NCBI GenBank assembly: GCA_934591705.1 | Contig: CAKTPM010000005.1 | Location: 972-64,971, forward strand | Reading direction: 5' to 3' | DNA: 64,000 bases | Source: an uncultured Oscillospiraceae bacterium | GTDB taxonomy: Bacteria > Bacillota > Clostridia > Oscillospirales > Oscillospiraceae | In this document: positions 1 through 11,100 of the stretch, piece by piece | Numbering within the stretch: position 1 is the first letter of the stretch | Layout: each line of letters opens with the position of its first letter | Position numbers and translations under genes: made by a program | The notes under the pieces: generated by a model | The model's database searches: none | Told to the model about the DNA's origin: nothing | The model's input: only the letters and a program-made list of their open reading frames with translations

Positions 1-3000
1 TGGCGTCGGTCATGCTGTCATAGCGCTTGCGGATATTTACAACGCTCTGCTCCTCCGCCAGCGTGATGGGGTCGGACAGGCCGTTGATCCAACCGATCAC
101 CACCTCGGCGGACTTCTTATCCTCCTTCAGCTGCTCCAGCGTCTTTTCGGCGGCCTCCAGTGTGGTGAGGGCACCGGCGTTTTTCACCAGGTTCTGCTGG
201 CGCAGCTCCAGAGCGTCATAGGCCTGGCGGGCCGCCTTGATGGCCGCCTCACTCTTCAGTGTCACCGTACCGATGGCGTTGATCTTTTCGATTACGGCGT
301 TGGCGGCAGCCTGATCGGCAGCGGCCTGCGCGGCCTTCAGCTGATTTAGCTTGGCGCGGGCATCCAGCAGCGTCTTGGCATTTGTTACCTTGGCCTTCTG
401 CGCAACGGTCAGCGGATTATAGAGCTTTTCAGCCGCTATGATCTTCACATCGCTGCTCAGGGTAACGGGCTGGGGAATGGCCTCAATGGCCTTGATAGCG
501 GCCTGTACGGCCTCCTCATCCGCGGCTAAGACCCGGCTCTTCCACTTCTTGAAAAGGGCGTCTTGCAGGGTGTCGCCTTCGGCGGCCCCCAGCAGCGTCA
601 GCATCTCGGCCTCGGTCTTTGCGGTGCCCTTGCCGTAATTTTTAACGGCAAGACAGGTGTTCAGGTAGTATACATCCTTGCCGTAGCAGCTGTCCTTGTT
701 GATACAGGCAGCGCCGCCAACGAAGGTTTTGCCAGCTACGATGCCGATGTTGTAGCAGTCGCTGAGCTTGGGACCGCCAAGCGGGCCCGCAGCGGCGCAG
801 GAAACGATGCCGCCCACACGCATTGCGGTGGCTTCTACCCGGCCGGCATTATAGCAGTTGCTTATGCTCTGGCTGTTATGGCCGCCGCCTGCAATACCGC
901 CGACATTTTGCTTGCCGGTGACCTTCACGGCACTGTAGCAGTTTTCAATCTTGCCGCTGTAGAGGTAGCCAACGATGCCGCCGGCAAATTTCCCGGTGGT
1001 GGTCACCGTACCGGTAACGCCCAGGTTCCGGATGGTGCCGCCGTCTTTGACGAAGCTGAACAGGCCCTGCTTATTGTCGGCGTTGTCGATGCTAAGGTTG
1101 CTGACCACATGGCCGGCGCCGTCGAATACGCCCTTATATGCAGCCTCGCCGGTGGTGCTTTCCACGGTGTTGTTGCCGATGGGCGTCCAGGGGTTATTCT
1201 CCAGGTCGATATCGGCAGTCAGAATAGCGTTCAGCGCATACTGGCCTTCGTTGACGGCCTTGGCAAACCAGGCCAGCTCCGCGGCGGTGCCGATGCGGTA
1301 AGCGCCGCTTTCATCCCTGGTGGGCTCGGTGGTGGTAACGCCGTTCCAGTCCTTCACGGAGCGCAGGACGGCCAGCATCTGATCCTTGAAGGGGTGCTCC
1401 TTGGCCTCGACCATCCTTCGCAGCTCGGAGGCGGGGGCGGCGGTGCCGCGTTTCACGGTCTCATCGGGGCAAGAGCCCTCCAAATAGTAGCTGTTGGTCA
1501 CCGTGCCAGTGCCGGAGACCAGTGCGCCTACAACTTTTTTAGATTGCGAAGTAACCGCTCCCACATTATAGCAGCTATCCAGCGTGGGGCAAATGCTCGT
1601 GGTTCCTCCGCAGGAGGTGATGCCGCCCGCATAGCCGGCTGAACCGGTGGCGGAGATTCGGCCTGCGTTGTAGCAATTCTTGAGGTTGGCCTTCAATGAT
1701 TGACCGCCGCCGGCAATACCGCCTGCCCATTTACCCGCGGTGACATTCACGGCACTATAGCAATTCTCTATGCTGCTGCCATTAAACATATACCCGGCAA
1801 TGCCGCCGGCGTAGTTACCAGCGATAGACACATTGCCGGTAACAGCGAGATTACGCACCACAGCCTTGGCGGCCAAATAACTAAAGAGTCCCTGGTAGGT
1901 TTCCTTACCGGTTTTGTTGATATAGAGATCGCTGATCACATGACCGGCGCCATCAAATATGCCGGCATATTTTTTGGAATTGCTGCCGATGGGTGTCCAG
2001 TCAAAGCCCGCCAGCTCAATGTCGGCGGTCAGGACGGCATTGATGGAGATGCTCCCGCCATTAACGGCTTGCGCAAACCAGGCCAGCTCTGCGGCGGTGC
2101 CGATGAGGTAGACGCCGCTTTCGTCCTTCTGGGGCTCGGTTTTGGCCTTGCCGTCCCAGGCGTTGGCGCCGGGCTTCTTCATGGCGGCGGAAACGGTCAG
2201 GATGCCGTTCTCCACCTTGGCGGCGTCGGCGCCGCCCAGGGTGAAGCTGCCCGCGGTGCGGACATAGCCGTCCTTCGTCAGCGTATAGCTGTAGGAGCCA
2301 TAGCCGAGAGTAAAGGTGCCGTCCCCGTTGGCGGCAACGGCCTTGCCGCTGCTGTCGGTGATGGTGACGCTCACATCCTCCACGGTGCTGCCGCTCTCAT
2401 CGGTGATGAGCAGCTTCACGGCGTAGGTGACCTTGCGGTGTACCGTGACCACCGCGTCAGCGTAGTGGTTCATGTAGTAGTCGATGTTGACGGCGTTGAA
2501 GTTGGTACCCACGCCGGTATCCGTCATGCCATACAGGAAGGCAAAGGGGTTGGCGGCAGAAAACATACTGCCGTAGGTGTAGCCGTTGGTGAATACGCAG
2601 GCCGCCGTGTCCGCACCGTCGGCAAAGGTCAGCTCCTCCGGAATGGTCACGGTGACGGAGGCGTTGTCCATCCGCTGGTACTGACCCAGCGTTCCATTAA
2701 ACTTGTTCTCGCCGTTTTGATAGGTGGGGTTGAAGATGGTGGGGTTGAAGATGCCGGAAACCTTGTTAACGGCGCGGTACATACCGCTGAATGTCAGCTT
2801 CACCTGATCGCCGGGCATAATGTCCTCACCCTTGTGGCTGGCGTTCTCCGCGGTGATGGTGACCTTGGCCACCCGCACCAGACGGTAGCTGACGCCGGTT
2901 TCATCGGTCATTTTAATGATGACGGTGCCGCCCTTGGTGTTGGCGGTATTGAAACCCTTGAGGGGCACGCTGTAGCGGCCGTCCGCACCGGCGGTGACGG

Positions 3001-5877
3001 CGGTAAAGCCAGAGAGAGTGCTCTCCATAGCGGCCGTGGTGGTGACAATGGCGTACTCCACGGTGGTGCTGCCGGTGGACTTGACCGCGAAGTCCAGGGT
3101 GGGGTTCTCCTCCTTGGCCTCGTAGAACCAGGTGTCGTAGTTATAGTCCCAGTCCATGGAGCGGGTGGTGGTGACGCCGGGGGCCATGTTGAAGTCCACA
3201 TCCGCGTCGGCGGTGCCGTGCTTTACTTCAGTGCCGCCCACCACGATGACGCCCACGCGCTGGGGCTGGGTGGCGGGGAACAGGCCGCCGTGGCTGCCCA
3301 CCTTCTGCGTGCCGTCTTTGGGGTCCGCCGTGGTGACATCCACGCTGTCATAGTAGACGGTGATGACGGAATCCTTCGTGCCGGGGGTCACATCCGCCCA
3401 GTTGGCGGTGGTATTGCCGCCGTTGACGGTCTGGAGCTTGGCATCGCCGTCTCCCATCACGCTCCAGTGGAAGTCCGGCTCCACCATGATGTTGCCGGCG
3501 TCGGAGTTGATGAGCTGCCAGTGGCGGTAGGCCCGGACACGGGTGGTTCCGTCAAGGGCCTTGTAGCCGCTGGGATCCAGATTCACCTGCAGATCGGCCT
3601 CGTCGCGGGTGGCGGTCTGCGTTCCCAGCTGGCTGAAGTCGTGGGACAGGCGATCCGTCGCGGCGCTGGCGGTAAGGCTCAGCTCCTGATCCGCGTTCAG
3701 ATCGCTGAGCCATCCGGCGCTGGTCACATGACCGGGCTGGCTGAGACGCCAGGTGTAGTTGCTGTTGTTCTTGGTGATGAAGTATTCGGCGGACTTGGTA
3801 TCGCCTTTGACCGTCCAGCCGTTGCCGTCCTCCGTCACGCCCAGGGGCTCCACCTCTGTGGTGTTGAAGTTGTTCCACTGGAAATACAGTCCGAAATCTG
3901 CCGTCTTCGGCACGGTGACGGTGAGCTTCACGCCGGGATTGATGGCCAGTCCCTTGGAACTGGCGTTGGAGCTGGGTTGGAAGGTCTGGTTGATGGTCTG
4001 CGTGAAGATGTAGCCTTCAATATCGGGATAGGCATAGGCATTGTACAGGCAGGCATTGCCGCCTGCATACAGCACCGTGGGATAGTAGTCATAATCTCCC
4101 TTGGTGTAGGGCGTACCCATGACGCAGGAGGTCTTCATGATGGGGCAGTCCACCCGCACATGGTACTCAGCCGCCTTAAAATAGGTGTTGTCCGTCTTGC
4201 GGCTGCTGGTATAGACGGAGTAGCACTGGAGGTAGATGTTGGTGCCGCCGCCGGCGCCGCCGTCCACATTGCTGTCGGTGGGCAGATCCAGTGTCATACC
4301 GCCCAGGGCCACATCGTAGGCGCCGGTCTCCGCGTTCTTGGCAAAGGCGCGGTAGGCATAGCGACCGGCGGTAAGGCTAGCGTAGAACATCTGGTAGTTG
4401 TCGACCAGCTTGCCGACGGCCACATCATAGGGCTCCTCGCCCTCGGCGGGCGCATTGGTGAAGCTGCTGTAGAGGAAGCAGTTCTGCAGCTCCTCCCCCA
4501 GCACCTCGCCGCCCTGGGCGTCCGTCTTCACGCTGTAGAGCTTGATGACGGGATAGCCGCCGGTGTAGTCCTTGCCCACATAGAAGGAGAAGTTCATGAG
4601 GGGTGCATCCTCCACCGTCAGGGTCAGCGTCCAGGCATCCTGGGAGAAGTGCTTCCCATCGTGGGAGGCGCAGAAGCGATAGGTGTAGGTACCGGCCTGC
4701 TTCTCGGTGAGCTGGATGGTGGTAGCGCCGAACAACGCCTTAGGGAAGCCCTGCATGCCGCCCCATGTCTGACCGCCGTCGGTGGAGCGCTGGTAGTAGT
4801 AATTCTCATAGCTCAGCGTCTGGCCGTCCACGGGCGCGAAGATCTTGCCTGCCTGCAAATCGCTGAGCAGATACGCCATACCGGTCTTGACCGCAGCGCT
4901 GCTCTCGGCGGGATACCCCGCCTTGCGGGTGGGAACGGGCACAGCCGGCTTCTCCGGCTCGGTGGTCTGCTCCTTGGCGAAGCGCACCGCCACATCGTCA
5001 TAGGCGAAGTAGGCGGGCTGGGAGAAGCCGTGGCCGTTGTCGCTGGAGCCGGTGATATTGAACTCCACCTTGGTAACGGCGCCCAGGCCGGAGAGGTCGA
5101 ACTTCGTCCAATCCATGACGATGTTCTTGGGGCCGTTGCACAGGTAAATGGAGGCATCAGCGGTCTTTTTCTCGCCGTTATAGCCGGTGGCCGTCAGCTT
5201 GACCCAGTCGTCATCGCCGATCTTGGCGGTCAGGCCGTTGCCGTTGAGATAGCAATTCAGCGCATAGCAGATGTTGTTGACATACATGTGGTCGATCACG
5301 CGGGCGACCTCATCGCCAAAGGACAAGGACGGCAGGATCTGAGAATCCGTGTAGCCGGAGTTATCCTTGTAACCGTAGTGTACGGCAAAGTTGTTGGAGC
5401 CGTTGTGGCCGCCGCCGGTGCGGACATCGCCCTCGGCACCCACTTTATACACGGTCAGCTGTTTGTCGTAGCCGCCATTTTTAACAAAATCGCCGGAGGC
5501 ATAGTTGGACACGGCATGGCCGCCGCCCATATAGCAATACTGGTTCCAGCTCTTGGGCAGCGTATGCTTCAGCTCGGTGTTCCCGGCATCGTACCAGGTA
5601 TACGCCTTGCTATCGTCCGTGGTGCCGCTGCCGTTGGGGTACAGCAGGCTGCCGCCGTACTGAGGATCGTCGATCAGGCTCGACCAGTTGCTTCCGCCGG
5701 CAAAATTGGTGCCGCCCTTATAGTCGGTATCCTCAAATGTCAGCGTCCTGAGCTCATAGCTCTCAGAGGCGGATGGTTCTCCCTCCGCTGCGAAGGCGGT
5801 GAGCATGGTGGCATTGAACAGAGAAAGCACCATGACCAGCGCCATCAGGGCGGAGGCAAGTCGTTTTGTGATCTTCA
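1..5877 (-). CDS. Giant secreted surface protein with GLUG-motif repeats. Partial: the 3' end lies beyond the window start. The signal-peptide exon (5877..5740) is in a different frame from the body (open from 5761 downward).
   Basis: Manual reverse-complement translation: TTG start at 5877 after RBS AAAGGAG gives LKITKRLASALMALVMVLSLFNATMLTAFAAEGEPSASE (signal peptide). From 5761 a protein-like frame follows (GYELRTLTFEDTDYKGGTNFAGGSNWSSLIDDPQYGGSLLYPNGSGTTDDSKAYTWYDAGNTELKHTLPKSWNQYCYMAAGHAVSNYASGDF...). Near 1740-1800 the same frame reads IAGYMFNGSSIENCYSAVNV (GLUG-like), and near 1080-1140 AYKGVFDGAGHVVSNLSIDN. The + ORFs 563..1642 and 1700..5902 share codon boundaries with this frame and are typical GC3-driven antisense shadows. 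No minus ORF was listed because no stop occurs in-window. Confidence 0.6.
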
Positions 5878-5924
5878 ACTTTCTAACATCTCCTTTTTGT
5901 AATTTGCTTTACTCTCCCGTATAG

Positions 5925-5976
5925 AAAAAGGCCTTTCGGCAAAAAGCACTGCTCTGTGCTCCTGCCGAAAGGCCTG
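5925..5976 (-). terminator. Intrinsic terminator: 13-bp inverted repeat AGGCCTTTCGGCA..TGCCGAAAGGCCT followed by a U-run on the minus strand. Terminates the upstream operon and/or serves as the expression platform of the preceding riboswitch-like element.
   Basis: Perfect 13-nt arms with TTTTTCTAT downstream on the minus strand. Sits between the aptamer-like region and the RBS of the GLUG gene. Confidence 0.55.
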
Positions 5977-5979
5977 CAA

Positions 5980-6150
5980 TCTTCCTATTCTCCGCCATAA
6001 AGATGGCGGTTTACGGTTTCAGCGTCCCGGTACAGGCAGGAGCTGCAGCATATCCTTGGCGTATCTGACTTATCCGCTGCCCCAAGGGCGCGGCTTCACA
6101 GTGACCGACTCGCGGGGAATTTCACCCCATTCCGCTTCCGGCAGGCAAGC
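5980..6150 (-). ncRNA. Candidate cobalamin (B12) riboswitch aptamer.
   Basis: Minus-strand sequence GGAAGCGGAAUGGGGUGAAAUUCCCCGCGAGUCGGUCACUGUGAAGCC matches the cobalamin riboswitch core (GGGAA..GGUGAAAAUCC..GCGGUCCCGCCACUGU.A). A downstream CUCCUGCC resembles the ACCUGCC of the B12 box. It is followed by the terminator hairpin and then the RBS/start of the giant gene. Confidence 0.5.
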
Positions 6151-6174
6151 TGCCGGGCAGGATATCTGCTGTAT

Positions 6175-7662
6175 TTACTTGTTCTGCATCCGGACGATGG
6201 ATTGGTAGAGGGCCTGGTAGTCCAGGATGTCCACCCGGCCGTCGCCGTTGATGTCCGCGGCCCTGCGCTGCTCTTCAGGCAGGGGGCTCCGGCCGCAAAG
6301 GTGGCCGTAGAGCGCCTGGAGGTCGCCTACATCCACCGCTCCGTTCCCGTTGAGATCCAAAGGATCAGCCGCGACCCTTACGCAGGCCACCGCCGGGGCA
6401 TAGCACGCCTGGCTGGCGCCATCGTCCATTTTACCGGCGTTTTCATCCGCCGCCAGCAGGTAGTAGGTGCCCGGCTTCGTAAAGGTGAGCGTATAGCTCC
6501 CCTGGCCGTCATCCTCCATGGCGCAGGCATCCTCCGCCGGCGCCATCTCCTGCACCGATTTAGTATAAACGGACAGGGCCAAATTGTCAATAGGTTCAAA
6601 GCGCTCTGTGCCCCCGTCCGCCACGGATTGTGTGCCGTACTTCAGGGTCCTTACGGAAAGGGGTACGCCGGCCTTCGCGGCATAGCTGTCCCGGTCGAAG
6701 CAGCAAAAGGCACCCCGGGTATAGAACTGCCAGTCGGTAAACATAGCCAGGTCGATGGCGTCCCCCTCGGACAGGAGGATATAGTCCGCGGTGGAGCCCC
6801 AGCCGGGGCTTTGCAGCGGGAACATATGGTTGCGGTAGTACATGAGGTTTTCATCGTGGCCCCAGAAGTTTTTCATGTAGACACTGCAGCTGCCGCCGAT
6901 GAGCGACAGGGCGAAGGTGGTGCTGCTGTAGGCCGTGGTGCCCCACACGGTCCGCACCTCCACCGGCTCCTGATAGTCGAACAGGCCGCTCTCACCCGTG
7001 CAGCATTCCTCCTCCGGCAGGCCCATGTAGTAGCGCTCCAGCAGGTAGATGTACAGGTGCAGCAGCGTGGGGCGCTCGATGACCGTGCTGCCGGTGTAGG
7101 CGCCGCTGCCGTTTTCCGTTGCGTAGCGATAGAAATCCTTCAGGTCATAGAGCTCCAGGTCGAAGTATCGGAGGGTCACCGGCAGGCGCATAAGAGGCGT
7201 TTCTTCTTCGTCATTGCCCAGCAGGGGGATCCCGTCGCTGGAGAGGGTCACATATATGCTGACGCTCTGGGCCGGCGTCTCCTCATAGCTGTACTGCCTG
7301 GGGTCTCCCGGCGCCGCCGCCTCCACCGTGATGGGCAGGGTGAAGGTCACGCTGTCCTCCCCACAGGAGGCGGTGATCCGCGGGGCGTACTCCCCCGGTG
7401 TCCTGGAGGTAAAATAGTAGATGCCGTCCTGCAGAGGGGTGGTGGCTCCGTTGCCGGTGTTGTCCGCCACCGTGTAGTGCAGCCTGTGGCCGCTGCCATC
7501 CCGGCACACCTCCCCCAGGTCGATCTTCAGCATCCCGCCCTGCCTGACCTGGTAGGACTTCTCCGCGGCGGTGATATGACCCGCCGCGAAAACTGTCTGC
7601 GGCAGGAGCATCAGCAGGACCGTGATGAGACAGAGCACTCTTTTTTTTGCGGTTCTTTTCAT
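6175..7662 (-). CDS. Secreted protein with a C-terminal type-I dockerin and a DUF4430-like segment.
   Basis: Signal peptide MKRTAKKRVLCLITVLLMLLPQTVFAAG. C-terminus DLNGNGAVDVGDLQALYGHL...DINGDGRVDILDYQALYQSI is a duplicated Ca-binding dockerin repeat. An internal GWGSTADYILLSEGDAIDLAMFTDW stretch resembles the DUF4430 C-terminal motif. RBS GGGAGGATAAAAG precedes the ATG. Confidence 0.75.
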   Translation of the reverse strand: MKRTAKKRVLCLITVLLMLLPQTVFAAGHITAAEKSYQVRQGGMLKIDLGEVCRDGSGHRLHYTVADNTGNGATTPLQDGIYYFTSRTPGEYAPRITASCGEDSVTFTLPITVEAAAPGDPRQYSYEETPAQSVSIYVTLSSDGIPLLGNDEEETPLMRLPVTLRYFDLELYDLKDFYRYATENGSGAYTGSTVIERPTLLHLYIYLLERYYMGLPEEECCTGESGLFDYQEPVEVRTVWGTTAYSSTTFALSLIGGSCSVYMKNFWGHDENLMYYRNHMFPLQSPGWGSTADYILLSEGDAIDLAMFTDWQFYTRGAFCCFDRDSYAAKAGVPLSVRTLKYGTQSVADGGTERFEPIDNLALSVYTKSVQEMAPAEDACAMEDDGQGSYTLTFTKPGTYYLLAADENAGKMDDGASQACYAPAVACVRVAADPLDLNGNGAVDVGDLQALYGHLCGRSPLPEEQRRAADINGDGRVDILDYQALYQSIVRMQNK

Positions 7663-7665
7663 CTT

Positions 7666-8160
7666 TTATCCTCCCACTGTGTCGCCGGCATTCACATCCT
7701 TGCCCAGATCACAGGTATAGACCCACCGGACGGCATCGCCCTCCTCCAAGATATACTGCGAGCAGCCGTAGTTGGGAAATTCCCCGTTGACGCTGTACAT
7801 CCAGCCGGAGTCCTTGCCGCCGTCAAATTCATAGAGGTTGCCGATGCCCTTGACATAGGCACTTTTGTATAGGGCTGTCCAGGCAGCGTCCAGGGGGATG
7901 CCCGCCTCCCGGCAGGCTCTCTGCAGGGCGTCATAGACGCTGGTCCCCCGGGGGACCTCCAGCTCTGTCTCCGGCAGGAGCATACCGCTCTGCGGCAGAT
8001 AGGCACGCTTTTCCTCCCGGCATTGCTCCGGATTTTGGGACAGGGTCTCGCAGGAAATAGACAGCGTATAGTGTAAAGTTATTTCACTTGTCTGTTCCTC
8101 TCCGCAGGCGGTAAGCAGGAGCAGCAGAGCGGCGGCCAGCGCCAGTGCCAGCTTTCTCAT
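7666..8160 (-). CDS. DUF4430 (transcobalamin beta-domain-like) lipoprotein.
   Basis: Lipobox LLLLLTAC-GEE. SVYDALQRACREAGIPLDAAW..GNLYEFDGGKDSGWMYSVNGEFPNYGCSQYILEEGDAVRWVYT fits the DUF4430 signature. Its ATG overlaps the upstream stop (ATGA). Confidence 0.75.
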   Translation of the reverse strand: MRKLALALAAALLLLLTACGEEQTSEITLHYTLSISCETLSQNPEQCREEKRAYLPQSGMLLPETELEVPRGTSVYDALQRACREAGIPLDAAWTALYKSAYVKGIGNLYEFDGGKDSGWMYSVNGEFPNYGCSQYILEEGDAVRWVYTCDLGKDVNAGDTVGG

Positions 8161-11100
8161 TGACTGCGCCCCCCTCCTGCCCTTTTGACGGCCTCATAGA
8201 GCGCCTGGTAGTCCAGAATATCCACTTGGCCGTCCCGGTTATAGTCCGCCGCCTCCCGGTAGGCCGTCTCCCGGCCGCTGTAGTCCCCCTCAATGGCGCC
8301 GGTGGACAGATAGGTATAGAGGCATTGCAGGTCAAAGATATCCACCGCGCCGTCGCCGTTCAGGTCCCCCAGGCCGGCGGGCTCTACCCGGATGCTCAGC
8401 AGCGCGGGAACGGAGGTCACCTGGGTGCCGACGCCGTCCTCTCCGTCCTGATAGAGGGAGTAGGCGAAGTGGAGGAGAAGCTCCCCCTCGTCTTCCCGGC
8501 GCAGGGGCTCCCGGGGCCAGGTAAAGTATGCTATCTTTTTTCCGTTTACTGTCCGCTCCGCCGGCAGTGTGCGGGAAAGACCGTTTTCATAGGTGAGGGT
8601 GATCTCCATGCCGGTGGGGTCGAAGTATTCCCCGGCCACATAGGCGGTCTTGTCCGGCTGCCGGGTCACCTCCATGCTTACGATGCTGCTGGCCAGGGCC
8701 ATCAGATGGGCGGAGTCGTTTTTGAAGTAGATGGTGCCGAAGCTGTCGGCAATGGGCGAACAGATGGCATACTGCGCCTGGGCGTCCGCCGGGGTAAAGA
8801 GCACATAGGGCGTTTGATAGACCGTGGTCTTGTCCTTGTCGATAAAGCTCTCCTGAGTGGTCAGCACCGGCTTGGTCTGGCCGGGCGTGTCCTTGAGGAC
8901 CCGCAGCTTTCCGGGGGTGAAGTTGTCAAAGAAGTAGACATACACCGCGCCGTCTCCCTCGCTGTAGGCCGTGGTCAGCAGGCCGGAGGTCTGGGGATAC
9001 CCCTGGGTGGGCACGCTGTAGGCGATCTGCCAGGTCTTGAGGTCGATGACGGTGATGCTGTGGCCGGAATACTGGGTGAACTGCCCCGTGCCGGATACGC
9101 CGATATAGGCGCGGTCCTTGTAAACAACGGGGGTGCAGGTGCTCATGGCGGGCTGGGACGGCGTGCCGCCGTTTTCCAGGGCCACGGCCCGGAGGGAGTC
9201 CTTATCCAGGCGCCATATATCCCCTTGCTTTTGGGGCGCCGCCACGGAGTAGAAGTACCCGCCCTTGGAGGTAAAATAGAACCTCCCATCGGCGTAGGAG
9301 ATGTTGGAGCGGATGTCGCCCCTGAGGTTTTTGATGGAGTCCATCAGCTTTCCGGTGGCCGGGTCGATGCACAGGAGCGCGGCGGTCTCGCTGGTGCAGC
9401 CGCCGGTGCCGTCATCGGTGCCGATCAGCAGATAATCCTCGCACACATAGGCCCCTGCCCAGTAGAAGCCCCCCGGGGAGGTATAGGTCCAGCGGGGCAG
9501 CTTGCTCTCCTTTTCGGAGGCGGGATCCTCGTCCGTGATGCTCAGGCACACCAGGTTTGCCTCCCGGTCCTCCTTATTCCAGAAGCCGGTATAAATGCAG
9601 CCGTCCCAGTAGGTGATGGGACAGTTGGGCTGACCGCCCAGGGCGTCCTGGTAGAGCCAGAGGGACTTGAGGGTGGCGGCGTCAAAGGCCTGGACGCCGC
9701 CGTCGGCAAGGCCGACAAAGAGCATCCCCTGCGCAAAGGTAGCGGAGTTGATGGCAAAGCTGGAGTTGTGGTCCATCTCCCCCTCCGCCACGGTGACGCC
9801 GGAAACGGCATCCAACTTGAAGAGCTTTTTGCCGGAGTAGACGATGAGGTAGTCATAGCCGTCCTCGGTGATCAGGATCGGGCAGCCCACGGCGGCGGTG
9901 TCAAAGCCCTTGCCCAGCTTCGATGCCCAGCTCAGATAGGCGCTCTGTGCGGTAATGGGGGTCTTGTGCTCGATGACGCCGTTGGCCGCATTGTTCCCCC
10001 GGAAGGAGTCCCAGGAGGAGGTGATACCCTCCCCGCAGCGGCTCTCCGGCGCCGCCGTCATGGTGAGCCTCAGGGCGCTGGCGGCCTTCCCGGCGGTAAA
10101 GACCCGGCTCTGTCCCACATAGCCGGGGCAGGTGACCACATAGGTGTAGAGCAGCGTATCCACCAGCAGGTAGCGGCCATCCTCCCGGGGCCACACCCGC
10201 TTGCCGGTGCGGTTATCATATACGCACACCAGCGCATCCGCCAGCGGCTGCCCCGATGGATCCCGCACGGTGAAAAGGGTCTCCACAGCCGCCTTCTTAT
10301 GGAGGGTCAGCGTGTAGGTGCGGCGCTGGGCACCGGCAGGCACGCGCTCACTGCCGGGGGTGATGGAGATGACCTCTTGGTCCTTCTCCGTATCCAACGG
10401 CACGCGTACGGTGAAGCTGCCGGCGGTACCCTGCTCATCGGCCGGCGGCGCATAGCGGCGGCCGTTTACATAGACATAGTAGTTTTCTCCGTAGGGCTCC
10501 AGCGTCAGCACCGCCTCCTCCGTGCTGCGGGGCAGCGTGGCCCGGTAATCGGTGATGTCCCGGTCAAAGCCCGTGACCTCCTCTCCTGCGGTGTTTTTGT
10601 AGGAGAGGGGGGTATCTATACCCTCCGCCGTCAGGCGCAGGCCGTTGGTGTCCTTCAGGGTCAGTGTCTTGTGGAGCGTGAGGATGTAGTCCTGATACTG
10701 CTCCACCTCGCCGCCGCCGTTTTTTGTGGCCCGAAGGGTCAGCGTCTGGGTCTCATCGCCGGTGCGAAGGAAGCTCCGCAGGAATTGGCCGGTGCTCCCC
10801 GTTTCCTTTTGGTTCACGGTGTAGCCGGTCTCCAGGGCGGTGAAGGTGCAGCCAGCGTTTTGCACCCAAATATAGAGGGAGCTGCTTGCATCCGTCACGG
10901 AGACCGTATGGCTGTGGGCCGGGGCCTTGGGCACCTGTAAAAGAACGCTTTTGTTCTTTGCAACGGGCATGGAGCTGGCGGCAAGCCAAAGGCCGTCCAG
11001 TGCATCCTCCGTTTGCGGCGCGGCGGCGGCGAGGGTGAGCCCCGCCTCGGCGGTGAAGGAGCCCTTGGCGTGGTAATAGATCTCCCTATCGGTGACATAG

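Noticed and set aside
1700-5902. 1400-aa + strand ORF (also 563..1642 +, 975..1301 +) rich in G/A/V/H/D
   Set aside because: Same codon boundaries as the minus-strand coding frame. High GC3 on the sense strand removes antisense stop codons. The minus-strand translation is protein-like (signal peptide, GLUG repeats), while the + translation is low-complexity. So this is an antisense shadow.
8145-10940. Long + strand ORFs opposite real minus genes (8145..10940, 6202..7872, 12460..13632, 13711..14595, 16299..17462, 33695..34774, 34814..36457, 49446..52358, 45799..46872 - etc.)
   Set aside because: Each lies antisense to a gene with clear family signatures (dockerin proteins, TGase, MoxR, DnaE, ValS, radical SAM). 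Their own translations are compositionally biased, with no motifs and no RBS.
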